A stretch of DNA of 61,833 bases from a virus (lineage: Duplodnaviria > Caudoviricetes): positions 1-61,833 of IMG/VR virus record IMGVR_UViG_3300032086_000660; one strand, given 5' to 3'. Under the pieces are notes generated by a model. The model worked only from the letters and a program-made list of their open reading frames with translations. It was not told where the DNA came from and made no database searches. The translations under genes and the position numbers were made by a program. This document shows, in pieces, positions 1-11,100 of the stretch (positions are counted from its first letter, which is position 1; the number at the start of each line of letters is the position of its first letter).

Positions 1-44
1 CAGATGATTACTACAACGAAACCTTTAACACCAAAAGGAAATGA
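1..44 (+). CDS. C-terminal fragment of a small hypothetical protein (..DDYYNETFNTKRK*)
   Basis: Open frame from nt 3 to TGA at 42-44, overlapping the next ATG (ATGA). Probably the 3' end of the gene starting at 61751. Confidence 0.5.
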   Translation, partial: DDYYNETFNTKRK

Positions 45-226
45 AAGAGAATCTAAACATCGCTTGGTGGCACGAGCGAATGATGCTCACAGCACTTGCT
101 CGTTTCAAGACTCAGAAAGAAGCGGCAGCTGCGCTTGGAGTAAGCGACAGAACTTTAATACGAATGAAAAAAGAATACAATGAAAGACAGTCAAAATCTA
201 ACGGACAAGATAATCAACGCTTGTAA
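41..226 (+). CDS. Fis-like helix-turn-helix DNA-binding protein
   Basis: TQKEAAAALGVSDRTLIR matches a Fis-type HTH pattern. Confidence 0.7.
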   Translation: MKENLNIAWWHERMMLTALARFKTQKEAAAALGVSDRTLIRMKKEYNERQSKSNGQDNQRL

Positions 227-243
227 CAACGACAGAGACACCT

Positions 244-768
244 ATGGAATCGAAGCAGACTGATTACTATGGGTTCATCAAGATTGATGTAACGGAAGCT
301 CAGCTGAAAAGAGCTGAGGAACGCTTTGAGTTTGGAGCTTTGAAAGGCTCCATAACCAAAGGCGATGGAAACCTTGCTGGAGCTCTCGGAGAGATAGTCA
401 CACTCGACTATATGGTTAGCAAGGGAAACGAAGTAAAAGACATAAGCACCTATGACTACGATTTAATTATAGATGGTCATAGAGTTGATGTAAAATCAAA
501 ACGTCAGAAGTACGCACCTCAACCCAACCACCGATGTACGGTATCAGCGTATAACACTCGTCAGAAGTGTGACTACTATTTCTTCACGCAAGTGATGTAT
601 GATATGAACGCAGTGTATCTAAGTGGATACAAAAAGAAGTCTGACTTTTTTAATCAGTCTACTTTCTTTGAGAAGGGAGACACCGACCCATCTGGTCAGA
701 AGTCCGACTTTGTATTTAGTTACGACTGCTATGTAATGAACTTAGAAGATTTAATAAAATTCAAATGA
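244..768 (+). CDS. PD-(D/E)XK restriction-endonuclease-fold protein
   Basis: GALGE...YDYD...VDVKSK pattern (E...D...D-x-K). Confidence 0.5.
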   Translation: MESKQTDYYGFIKIDVTEAQLKRAEERFEFGALKGSITKGDGNLAGALGEIVTLDYMVSKGNEVKDISTYDYDLIIDGHRVDVKSKRQKYAPQPNHRCTVSAYNTRQKCDYYFFTQVMYDMNAVYLSGYKKKSDFFNQSTFFEKGDTDPSGQKSDFVFSYDCYVMNLEDLIKFK

Positions 769-1082
769 CAACACAAGACAAAATCAGAGCGATAGGCAAG
801 GAGGTAATTGACTTGCTAATCGAAAAGAACGAATCGTATGGAGACTCTGCTTTAAACCCCGCAAACATATTTGCAAAAGGCGATGCGGTAGAGAATCTTT
901 GTGCGAGGATTGACGACAAATTGATGCGAATCAAGTCACAAGGAATCAGCGGTTACGGAGAAGACAATGTAAAAGATTTGATTGGTTACTTAATTCTTCT
1001 TAAAATTGCATTGGATAACAAGTCCGACTGGAAAGAAGAGATTCTCAGCAGAGAAGGATTCTACACCACAACTACAACCTAA
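765..1082 (+). CDS. Nucleotide-modification-associated domain protein (DUF1599-like, all-alpha)
   Basis: KNESYGDS...RIDDKLMR...DLIGYLIL motifs. Confidence 0.65.
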   Translation: MTTQDKIRAIGKEVIDLLIEKNESYGDSALNPANIFAKGDAVENLCARIDDKLMRIKSQGISGYGEDNVKDLIGYLILLKIALDNKSDWKEEILSREGFYTTTTT

Positions 1083-1088
1083 AACATT

Positions 1089-2918
1089 ATGACCGAACAA
1101 GTAACAATCTTTCAGAACATCTACGAGAAGGACAACCCCTTCTACAAGTCTGTAGAGTTCTGTCTGAACAGAATCAAGAATGGTAGCTCGAAAGTAGCTA
1201 TCGAAAAACTGCGCTCTGGCGAGAAGCAACACAAGAAGACTCTTCCAGTTGTTCTTTGGAGCGGTACTTTCACATCAAGAAAAGATGATGCAATAGTTGA
1301 ACACAATGGATTCATCGTGCTCGACTTTGACAATGTAGATACTATTCAGTCTAAGGCTTTGCTTGCAACAGATAGCTATGTATACTCTTGCTGGGTATCT
1401 CCAAGCGGTAACGGACTGAAGGCGTTGGTAAAGGTATCTGACAGCTCGGCTCACAGAGACCACTTCAGAGCTCTCTCACGATACTTTGACAAAGAGTATG
1501 GTCTCGAGGTAGACCCAAGTGGTATCAATGAATCTCGTGCGTGTTACGAGAGTTACGATGAGAACATCGCAATCAACGAAAGCGCATCTATATTTACTAC
1601 ACGATTAACTGAAGAAGCGCAAGAGACTGGTCAAACTGTTGTTCGAAGACACACGGACTACACGGACTACGCCAAGCTGAACATCGCAGCTCGTATGGTC
1701 AACCAAGCTCCCGATGGCGCAAGACACGAGACTCTTCTCAGAGCATCTAAGTTCTGTGGTGGATACATAAGCGTTGGTCGTATGGAAGAGGAAGAGGTCA
1801 AGCGTGTTCTCTTTCAAGAGTTCGCTCGTAGAGAGTACGACACCGACTACAATCCAAAGTCTACCATCATTGATGGAATCAACTACGGAAAGAACACACC
1901 GATAACAGAGACACTTGCAGAAGAGAAATCAATCGAGCGTGACTTAGCTATCTACGATGGAGATATGTCTTTCATATCATCAGATGATGAGGACTACGAT
2001 TGGATTGAGAAGCTTGCAAGAGGTGAGATACAACTTGGTCTTACAACTGGCAATGAGGAACTGGATAAGTATTTCAGATTCAAGAAGGAGTTCGTTATGA
2101 TAAACGGTCACTCCAATGTCGGTAAGACCACATCTGCATTGTATCTGATATCAGCATCTGCAATCACACACGATTGGAAATGGATTATCTACTCTTCTGA
2201 GAACAACACAGCATCTATCAAAGCTAAGCTTATGCAGTTCTTGGTAGACAGAAGGTTGACCGAGATGACAGAGGAGGAGCGTAAGAAGGCGTTCAAGCTC
2301 GTGAAGAAAAACTTCATCATCATCAGCAACAAGGATGTGTACTCTTACACTGATTTGATTCTGTACGCTCAGAAGATTATGGTCAATCAGAAGGTAGATG
2401 GGTTCTTCATAGACCCTTACAACTCTCTGAAGATTAAGATGAGTAGTGGCTCGAGCATCTCTACGCACGAGTATCACTACGAGGCAACATCAGAGCTTCT
2501 TACATTCAGCAAGGCTAACGACATTGCAGTATGGGTAAACGCACACGCTGTAACAGAAGCACAGAGAATGAAGGGAGAGGATGGACTACCTATCGCTCCG
2601 TTTGCAGAGCAGACTGAAGGAGGCGGTAAGTTCGTGAACCGCTGTGATACTTTCTTAACGTTCCATAGGAAGGTTCAGCATCCCGACCACGATGTTCGGA
2701 GAACAACTGAACTTCACGTTCGCAAGGTTCGTGAGACAGAGACTGGTGGAGAGCCTACTCCATTTGACTCGCCATTCACTATGGTGATGAACTCATCTAT
2801 GACTGGATACTTCTGTACGCAAGGCAGTAGAAGGTTATTCACACCATACACCTTTGAAACATTCAGTAACGGTTTGGAGATTTCAAATAATATACCTACA
2901 TTAGAACAATCCTTTTAG
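1089..2918 (+). CDS. Primase-helicase (BT4734/VirE-N-like primase domain fused to DnaB-like helicase)
   Basis: N-terminal LDFD...SPSGNGLK; C-terminal Walker A GHSNVGKT, Walker B FFIDPYN, and VWVNAH. Confidence 0.85.
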   Translation: MTEQVTIFQNIYEKDNPFYKSVEFCLNRIKNGSSKVAIEKLRSGEKQHKKTLPVVLWSGTFTSRKDDAIVEHNGFIVLDFDNVDTIQSKALLATDSYVYSCWVSPSGNGLKALVKVSDSSAHRDHFRALSRYFDKEYGLEVDPSGINESRACYESYDENIAINESASIFTTRLTEEAQETGQTVVRRHTDYTDYAKLNIAARMVNQAPDGARHETLLRASKFCGGYISVGRMEEEEVKRVLFQEFARREYDTDYNPKSTIIDGINYGKNTPITETLAEEKSIERDLAIYDGDMSFISSDDEDYDWIEKLARGEIQLGLTTGNEELDKYFRFKKEFVMINGHSNVGKTTSALYLISASAITHDWKWIIYSSENNTASIKAKLMQFLVDRRLTEMTEEERKKAFKLVKKNFIIISNKDVYSYTDLILYAQKIMVNQKVDGFFIDPYNSLKIKMSSGSSISTHEYHYEATSELLTFSKANDIAVWVNAHAVTEAQRMKGEDGLPIAPFAEQTEGGGKFVNRCDTFLTFHRKVQHPDHDVRRTTELHVRKVRETETGGEPTPFDSPFTMVMNSSMTGYFCTQGSRRLFTPYTFETFSNGLEISNNIPTLEQSF

Positions 2919-2927
2919 TTTTAATGG

Positions 2928-3356
2928 GTGGCAAAGAAGAAGAAATCTAAAAACTTAGGCAAATACGCCAGCGGATTGGAGAAATACTGCGGTGATTCTC
3001 TTGGCAAAGCTGGCTTTAAATTTATCTACGAACATCAGTTCGTTCTTATGGAGGGGTTCAAATACCCCTCCCCTTATTTTAAATCAACACCTAAGTCTAA
3101 GGAGTTGAAAGACGTATCGTCAAGGAAAATTCTTCCGATTACTTACAAGCCCGATTTTTACTTACCCGACCACAAGGTCATCATCGAAACAAAGGGATGG
3201 GTCAGAGCCAACGACTCTTTCCCACTGAGATGGAAAATCTTTATGAACTACTTAGTCGCCAATGATATGGACGACCATAGTCTGTTCATACCAAAGAACA
3301 AGAAACAAGTAGATGAAATATTAAACCAACTAAACCGATGGAAAGAGAAAAACTAA
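2928..3356 (+). CDS. T7 endonuclease I-like Holliday junction resolvase
   Basis: YASGLE...YE...YKPDF...IETKG. Confidence 0.75.
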   Translation: MAKKKKSKNLGKYASGLEKYCGDSLGKAGFKFIYEHQFVLMEGFKYPSPYFKSTPKSKELKDVSSRKILPITYKPDFYLPDHKVIIETKGWVRANDSFPLRWKIFMNYLVANDMDDHSLFIPKNKKQVDEILNQLNRWKEKN

Positions 3357-3556
3357 GTGAGCTTTACAACCTTGCTTGCATTAACGCACACAAGCTCTTG
3401 GACGAGTTGTACGAGCAAGTACATACTCCCGATGGAGACCCTCTGATTACACCAGACGAGGTAAAATCTGTACGCCAGAAATACTTGGCTAAAATCAGAC
3501 ACGAACTTGAGTTAATTCAAACAGCGAGCGATGAAGCAAACGAAACTATGCAGTAA
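3338..3556 (+). CDS. hypothetical protein
   Basis: Overlaps both neighbours in the operon. Confidence 0.55.
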   Translation: MEREKLSELYNLACINAHKLLDELYEQVHTPDGDPLITPDEVKSVRQKYLAKIRHELELIQTASDEANETMQ

Positions 3557-3878
3557 ATGCAAGGACTTCAAGCCGTTTGTTGAGTTCCATAAAGACAAGA
3601 GTCGTGCTGATGGACTACAGCGGTATTGTAAGCAGTGCAAAAAGAAGGTTGACACTCACGGCAGCAGCGGTGAAGAGGGCAAGTACATATTGTATTATCT
3701 CCCCAAAGAGAGGTACATAGGTATGACTAAGAACTTCACCAAGAGAAAGCAGAAGCATAGAAAGGGTGGCAAGGATGTGAGATGGGCATTCGTGGTTATG
3801 AAGACCAGAAAGGTAAAGCTCGCTCACCTTGTTGAAACTCTATTCCATATGCTTGGATTTAACGGATTTCGTTATTAG
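3531..3878 (+). CDS. Zn-finger plus GIY-YIG-like endonuclease
   Basis: CSKC...CKQC zinc ribbon followed by YILY...YIGMT...R..KH. Confidence 0.65.
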   Translation: MKQTKLCSKCKDFKPFVEFHKDKSRADGLQRYCKQCKKKVDTHGSSGEEGKYILYYLPKERYIGMTKNFTKRKQKHRKGGKDVRWAFVVMKTRKVKLAHLVETLFHMLGFNGFRY

Positions 3879-3925
3879 ATTTACATCAGATTTGTTACTT
3901 GGTTGTAACTGGTTTTGGTTAAACG

Positions 3926-3960
3926 GAAAGGGGGCTATTTGCCCCCTTTCTTTTTCTTCT
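3926..3960. terminator. Intrinsic terminator at the convergence of the early and late arms
   Basis: GAAAGGGGGC-TATTT-GCCCCCTTTC hairpin followed by a T-tract. Confidence 0.8.
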
Positions 3961-4033
3961 TAGTTTTCTTCTTGTCACAACAAGAGCCATCGCATTCGAC
4001 TGGTCTTGTCTTACACCATTTTTGTTTCTGCAT
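3935..4033 (-). CDS. Cys/Lys-rich microprotein (32 aa, MQKQKWCKTRPVECDGSCCDKKK..)
   Basis: Translated by hand; ATG lies 1 nt after the stop of the lipoprotein gene. Confidence 0.4.
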   Translation of the reverse strand: MQKQKWCKTRPVECDGSCCDKKKTKKKKKGGK

Positions 4034-4034
4034 A

Positions 4035-4457
4035 TTAGATGTGCTTATCAACGAACCTTTGTAACAACTTAACTCCAATAATCAGAGCTAAAAGATACAA
4101 AAGCCATCGTTGCAACATCTGCATAGGCTTCTCTTTTTCGACATAAACTATTTTTTCGTACGGAACTTCAATGGTCTTAACTATTGTATCCGAGTCGCAT
4201 TTCCCTTCTATAATAAGAGTGTCCAGACTCTTTACGATTCTGACGCTCAGCTTGTCCTTTTGGAGTATTATAGTATCGTGTTGCTTCAAAGTCACAGTAT
4301 CCGTGATAGCCACAGCTGGCACTACAACCGTGTCCTTCACAACCAGCGTGTCTCTTTCCATTATTGTAGGGTCTTTCTTCACCGCTTGGTTTAGATGCCA
4401 AGTGGCGCTGCAACTGCTTAACAAGCTTATCGTGATTAACTTTACCACCCATTTCAT
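4035..4457 (-). CDS. Lysis-cassette lipoprotein, candidate unimolecular spanin
   Basis: Signal peptide with lipobox LSSC, beta-rich DT repeats and a C-terminal transmembrane segment; next to the endolysin. Confidence 0.6.
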   Translation of the reverse strand: MKWVVKLITISLLSSCSATWHLNQAVKKDPTIMERDTLVVKDTVVVPAVAITDTVTLKQHDTIILQKDKLSVRIVKSLDTLIIEGKCDSDTIVKTIEVPYEKIVYVEKEKPMQMLQRWLLYLLALIIGVKLLQRFVDKHI

Positions 4458-4927
4458 ATCGTATCAAAGTCTGTGTAGGTGATGGTCACCTTCTCCCCCC
4501 TTTCAATAGCCTCAGAAATTGGAGGATAAATTCTTTTATAAGCATTAACTGACGACCCCACCATACCATTACTATCGCCAAAATTCGCTTGTTGACTATC
4601 ACCAACAAGGAGACACCCAGCAGTGTGCTCATCAGTATTACCAGTGTGAATAAGGATATACTCAAAGTTAGGTACATCCCATACCCATAACATCCCTTTG
4701 TGCATCTCCCCATACTTCTTTAGATATCTGCTATGGAATCCTCCGACTTTTCTGAGTACGAGGTCGTATGTTCCAGCGGGAACACGAGTCTCGCCAGCGA
4801 CTTTCTCCTCCCTATGCTCATCTTCAAGCGTGTAGCATAAGAACTTTCTTTCTCCCCCAGTAACATCGAATAGTATCCCATTGGTGCTGTCTTTCTGACT
4901 GCTGAAGCGCAATACTTCTAACTGCAT
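4454..4927 (-). CDS. Endolysin candidate (DUF5675 family, L,D-transpeptidase-like)
   Basis: CYTLED...TRVPAGTY...ILIHTGN...TAGCLLVG. Confidence 0.8.
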   Translation of the reverse strand: MQLEVLRFSSQKDSTNGILFDVTGGERKFLCYTLEDEHREEKVAGETRVPAGTYDLVLRKVGGFHSRYLKKYGEMHKGMLWVWDVPNFEYILIHTGNTDEHTAGCLLVGDSQQANFGDSNGMVGSSVNAYKRIYPPISEAIERGEKVTITYTDFDTI

Positions 4928-5178
4928 TACTCTCCCTTTTTAGCAAACTTCTCCAAGCCCGCAATACCGAAACTACCAAGAGTCACTATTACGAAAGAGT
5001 TGTAGGTAAACTCATTGATGACCAAATCATTACCCATAGCCCCACTGATTACATCAGCTAACATTACCAACACCATTACGGCAAAAGATAAGAAGCCGAT
5101 GATGGTCTTCTCATTGTAGTCGTTTTTGTCTTTGAAGATTTCTCCGAATTTCATAACTGCTTTTTTTAGTCTGTTCAT
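4927..5178 (-). CDS. Holin candidate
   Basis: 83 aa, two hydrophobic segments, basic C-terminus, directly upstream of the endolysin. Confidence 0.65.
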   Translation of the reverse strand: MNRLKKAVMKFGEIFKDKNDYNEKTIIGFLSFAVMVLVMLADVISGAMGNDLVINEFTYNSFVIVTLGSFGIAGLEKFAKKGE

Positions 5179-5196
5179 AGTATTATATGTTGAATT

Positions 5197-8100
5197 TTAC
5201 TTTTGTTTCATTTTGTAGTAGTACCCATTGAACTGCTGATAGATAGCAATCTTCTTGTCGTGTAGCTTGTCCAGAAGCTCTTGTCTCTTCACTGGGTCTT
5301 CGATACGCTCTGCACGCTTCTCAGCCTCAGCAAGTTTCTTAACCTTGCTCTGTACTTGCTTATCAAGATTAAGCAGTCTGTTTAGTTGCTTCATCTCTGC
5401 CGTCATAGGCTCTCCACTCTTCAGTGCACCGATAGCCTTGTTCTTCTGCTTGAGAATCTCTCTTCGTGTCTCGTAGTATCGACCCGCAGCTTCTGACTCT
5501 CTTACTGTGCCCAAGAACTGTCTTGCCAGAGGAACATCGTTGAACTCAATGTCACCAGCTTTTCCTTTGTATAGCTTTTGACCAGTATCCATTGTTCTGT
5601 TGATGAACTTACCAGTACCACCCGACAAGAACGTAAACAAGTATTCAATAGTATCTGGGCTCAAATCAACCATACCCTTCTCGTAGTCGCTACCACCAGT
5701 CGCCTTGTTCAAGAACACAGCCATAGTCTTAGCCCACTCCGCAGCGTGTTTAGTTGGACGCTGTGAGTCTGGAGTGTCTGCTGAGTAGTAGAAGTCTTTC
5801 TTGTAGATTGGGCTACCGAAGAAGTTCTCATTAAGCTGTAGCTCCACGATTGGCTTCAATACTGTAGGCGTAGCACTCTTCAGAAGAGAGCCTCCCAAAT
5901 CACTACTCTTAGACAAAGAGATAGGAGAGAAAGAACCGACTATTCCATTCAGTAAGAATGAAGCAGACTCTGCTGGAGTAGAAACACCGAACGCTGTCTC
6001 AGAAAGAGCAGTACCCATGTTGAAGAACATACTCACACCATATGGCAGAGGAATCTTGAAGTAGTTTCCACGCTCGCTTCCGTACATAATGATTAGGAAA
6101 CGCTCACGCTCGTACTCTGGAATCTTGTTGTACATAGGGATGCCGTCTTCGTCTTCACCGCCCACAGCGATGTTCATCATAGTGAGTAGCGCACTGAACG
6201 CCATCATACCACCAGCAACCTTCTGAGCTTTCTTACTCTTGACAACCGAACGCAACAACCTTGTCGAACCTTGCACAGATGCATTGAAGAACAAGTATAG
6301 CGAGTTGGCTACAGCGCCAAGTTCACCCGAGCGGTTAAAGTTGATAGTGAGTTCTTTCACAAACTCTGCTGCTTGGTCTGCTGGTACGCCATTCTTTCTT
6401 GCAGCGATGTACGCACCGAAGCGGATACCGTTCTCAATAGATGTGTTTGCAACATCAACGAACTTAGCAACCTCAGAGAGCGAAGCAGTACCTTTCACAC
6501 CAACAGCTCTTGCCTTGTCTCTCAATGATGCTTCATCTGTAATCGGTTTTGTCTTCTCGATGTACTTGAGCATCTCTTTCTCAATCTCCTCAGCACTCTT
6601 CAATAAGAACCAGTCAGTCTTTGCACCCGATTTTAGGTACTCCTCGTAGAACGCTTTGGTCTCAGAGTCCATACCTTCTCTGTTTCCTTTCTCGTATTGG
6701 AACACGCCCTTGATAGCGTTAGGTACATTTCTGAGAGACTCTAAAACGAAGTCTTGACCAGAGATGTTTGACAACTCCATATCTTGTTCAGCCATCTGAT
6801 TGTACATAGCTGTTTGGATATCACGAGTGAAGTTAGCGAAGATAAACTCGGGGTTCCACGAAGTAAATACTCTTGTGAAGTGACGAGATGCTTTAGACAG
6901 TGCTTTCACCAGCATATTCGTCTTTGCTACACCACCATCGTTTAGCGTTCTTGTGATACGCTTGTCGTTGAACTTGATGTAGAATGTCTTACCCTTTACT
7001 TTCACTGGAACATAATCATTGTTACCAGCCATAGCAACACCAGCCATTCTTCTTCTCAGCTCGTACTCGTATTCTTCTCCAGTTGCTTCCTCAATGAAAA
7101 TAGATTCACCTCGTGAGGCAACACGAACACGCATATCTGGGTTTTCTTCTGTGAAGACCTCCCAAGCTTTAGCGTCTTTGTTCTGTTGAACCATCTCGAG
7201 TAGAACTTGAAGTACCTCGTTCTTTCTACCTCTTGAGATAGTACGCAAATGATTACTGATTACAGTTTCAAGCGGTGATTGAGCTTCAGAGAAACGACCA
7301 GAAACTTGTCTGTATTCCTTACCGAAGATTGCGATACCACCACCTCTCGACATATCTTGAGATGAACGAGTGTCGGTGAAGTCAAACAAATCAGATGTAG
7401 GAGTAACTGCTGTACCGACTAACGGAACGTAGTTCTCAAACATACCGAATGAATCATACTGTGCTTTGTTAATCAGTCCAAAGTCAAGCATCATCTTACG
7501 AGAAGCCTCTGTGATTTCGTAGACCATATCAGCCAGCTCATCCATTCTTGCTTTGTCCCCTTCGTACTTTTTGATGATTGCATCAGCAACCTCGTTAGTC
7601 ATACCAGAGCCAGCTTCATTTGCTGGGTCAATAGTATTCTTAACGAACTCGTTACGCTCACGAGCGTGTAGTGCGTATAGGTACTCAGAGATTTGCTCGT
7701 TTGTAACACCATACTCAATCATCTTATCCATCAAAGGCTTGAGCTTCTGCTCTTCAAACTGACGAGCATCTTCCGCAGCCTTACCGTGCATCAATGCTTC
7801 AGCTCTACGGAAGTTAGCATCGCTTCTTAGTACACGCCCTTGAGCCTTCTCGATAGATTTCTGTAGGTTCTGTAGTGGCTGGTACTTGTCCGCAAACTTG
7901 AATCTCAAGTGTTCGAATAGTCTGTATGCACCACCTTGTGTCTCAACGAAGTTTTCTACACCGTTTCGAATCAACTCTTCTTGGAACTCTTTCTTGAATA
8001 GGTCGTACTCTTGCGTTCCCTCTATAAGCTGTGCTTTACCCTTTTGAGACTTATCGTTCATTTTGTTCAGAAGAATTTTAATCTCTTCTGATACCTTGTC

Positions 8101-11100
8101 GATGTTTTTTTGGTTTTCAGCCTCCATATCAGCTCTTTCCATAGGGTCTAAAGACAGATTATCTAAAGCCTTGTTAGCTCTTTCGATAGCCTTTCTTTTA
8201 GCTTCTATTTTAGCCAGTCTTTTGAACGCATAGGCTGGAGGAGACATCCATATTTCATCTCTACTCACATCTGGGTAAAGCTCGTGAAACGCTGGGGTTC
8301 TGTTTTTTACTTTTTGAGTACCTCTTTGTCCTACGAAACGTGCTTCTGCTTCTCCAAGTTTTCCTTGATACACTTGATAGTCGCTCGCTCTTCCTCCAGT
8401 CATTTTTTCAGTGAATCTTTTCACGTTCAATGCAGCTCCTTGAGCAACGTTTCGAGCGACCTCTTTGAAATAGTTCAATGAATCAGCATTTAGGGTTTCA
8501 AGCATCCACTTAGTCCCCTTCATTGTCTTGTCCTTCTGCATAGCCTCCACAGCATACAGTAGAGATATAAAATCTTTGTTTCTTTCAGCAAAATCCTTCA
8601 TCTTGCTTCTTAGCTCTTCCAGTACCTCTGTGTTTACTTGGTCTCTGCTTTCGAGATTCGCTGTAATAACAGCTTTTCTTAAAGACGAGCTGTATGGAGC
8701 TCTACTTGTTAACCATGTAACTCCATCTGAATTTTTTACAGCGTCAACGATGTCTCCTCGAGACTCTATGAACTCTGACAAAGAAGACATATTAAAGTCG
8801 TACAAATCGTTTAGAGCCCAGTCAACATTTTCGAAATCTTCATTGGTTACAATGCGCCACAGCTCTTTAAGAGAGCCTATGAAGTCACCGTTTCTTTCTA
8901 TCTCAAGTATCTTTTCTGTCAAATTGTTTGCTGTTTTCAACTGAGCTTCCGCTGACCTTCTTGACCTTGTTCCAGAGTATCTTGCATCTCCAGATATTCT
9001 TCCAGTGTTGTACCCCTCGTCAAACTGCTCTATGTGTTGTACAGCGTGCTGTACTTCGTGATACACCGTGTTCATCAGCTCCGTGAAATCTCCTCCAAAA
9101 GTGCCTTTCTTTTTTCTTATCGGCTTTATCCCTAATTCAGTTTTCTCAAAGAAGTTATCCCAAGACACAGAAATCTCTTTTGAATAAGAATTGTGCTCAC
9201 CTTGCAGAAGAGGGTTAGAAAACTTTTCTATGATGAATGAGTATTCTTTTAGAGAAGGGTACATTCTGTATAAAGCCTTGTTCTCCAAAAAGTCTTCAAG
9301 CTTCATTTTGATTCCAACAGTCTTTGTTCTCCCTTTTACTTTTTTTGTAATCAACTCGAGCATAGGGTTCAGACTTGCATTCTCACCGTACATATCTGAC
9401 AGAATGTTAAGGGTACTGCCTTTTACGAAACCATAGTTGATTTCTGAACGCCAAAGATTGTCCATACCTCTGTACCATCCAGTTGCAAAGAAGATTGCTT
9501 CTCTACCCTTTCCAGCTTCCTCCATCTCTCTTGCGAGATTTAGATTCTCTTCAAGTCTACCACCAGCCATAGCGCCAATCTCTCCAATAATCTGTGCTTT
9601 ACCCTCTGGGGTAGAAGACAGCTTATGGTATTGGTTGAATGGGTCTGTGTCTGGAAGAGCTACCAAATCAAGAACAGCCTCTTGTGTAGACTCTTGGAAG
9701 CTACCAGCGAAGATGCTTTGAGATGTACTCTGTTTCAATCCAAAAGGCGGTACTGTGTACATACCCTTTTCTTGATTGTATCCAAATGTCAGTAAGTCTT
9801 TGAACGCTTTGTCAACTTGATATCCTCCGTCTAACTTGAAGGTCTGCTTTGACGGAAGCTTAGCGTTAAACTGCGGATGTGCAATACCGCTGTTTTGTTG
9901 GAAGCTCTCTCCCCAGTCAAGCGAAGGGTTCGTTACAAATCCGCTGTATGTGTATCCCCAGTCTCCATTGAGCGCTCCCTCTATGTATTCATCTGTTCTT
10001 GTCTCTGGTGAAGAATACTTTCTCCAGAAATCTACTTGACTGAATCCAGCCTCTGCCATTCTTTTTGATAGGCTTACAGCTACTCTTGCGTTAGGGTTGA
10101 TTCGCTCAACTCCTTTCACCTTGCCGTATCCTTTAGGTAGTAATGATTTTACGATTGCCTTTCTTAGCGGGAAACTCATCTTATCAACTACCTCAGCAAC
10201 AGCTTCTGATTTAGAGCCGTTAGCGATACCGTCAATAAACTTCTCTACAAGGTCAAGCTCCCCAGAGTTCTTGATAGGGGTAAGACTCATCAATCTTTCT
10301 TTGATTTCCGCAGCCGCTTGCTTTCTATCGTCCTTAAATGTCTCTGTAATAGCTTCAGCTAAGTAATCAGCAGCGTAGAAGTTTCCAAGCATTCCGTCTG
10401 GAGCTTGCTGCATAATCAGTACCGTAACATCTTTTCCGTTACCGATACTCTGAACCATATTTTTAATCTTGGTGACAGACTCTTGACTTACAGATGCAAA
10501 CCCAACACCATCTCTTAGATTTTCTTCTATGAATGAGTAGCCAATTCCACCCATAACGTCTTTACCGTCTACCTCACCAATACCAGTGTTGTCAGATGTA
10601 ATAACAAGGACACGACCCTCTGTTTGCTTTAATGCTTCTTGTAGGCTAAACGTAGGTGCGTCTCCAGTAATCACTTGAGCCTTTCCAGCCTCTGGGCTTA
10701 TAAAGCTTTCATCAGCTTGTGCTGCTACGCTTCCATCTTCAAAGTTCTGTTTTGTGATGTCAATCTGTGGGTATACCAGTATCTGGTCTTCACGAGCAAC
10801 ATCTTCTGTAGTAGACAACGGCTTCTGACGCAATTGCTCCACAGAATAGTAAGAACGAGTCTCAGCGTTTCTTGACTCAACCTCACCAGCGAGTCTTTGA
10901 TACAACTGATATCCGTTAGCAGAGTCGCTCTTTCTAACAACCTCGTCCCAGTAATCAAAAGCAGCGTTAGCCATATACTGGTGTCCCTTGTAATCCCACC
11001 ATCCATTCTCTTCGATGTTTTCTGTCATACCGTTTAGTATGTCTTCATCGAGGTTAGATAGGAACTCGATAAGCTCTTCAGCTTGTTCTTCGTCAAGTAT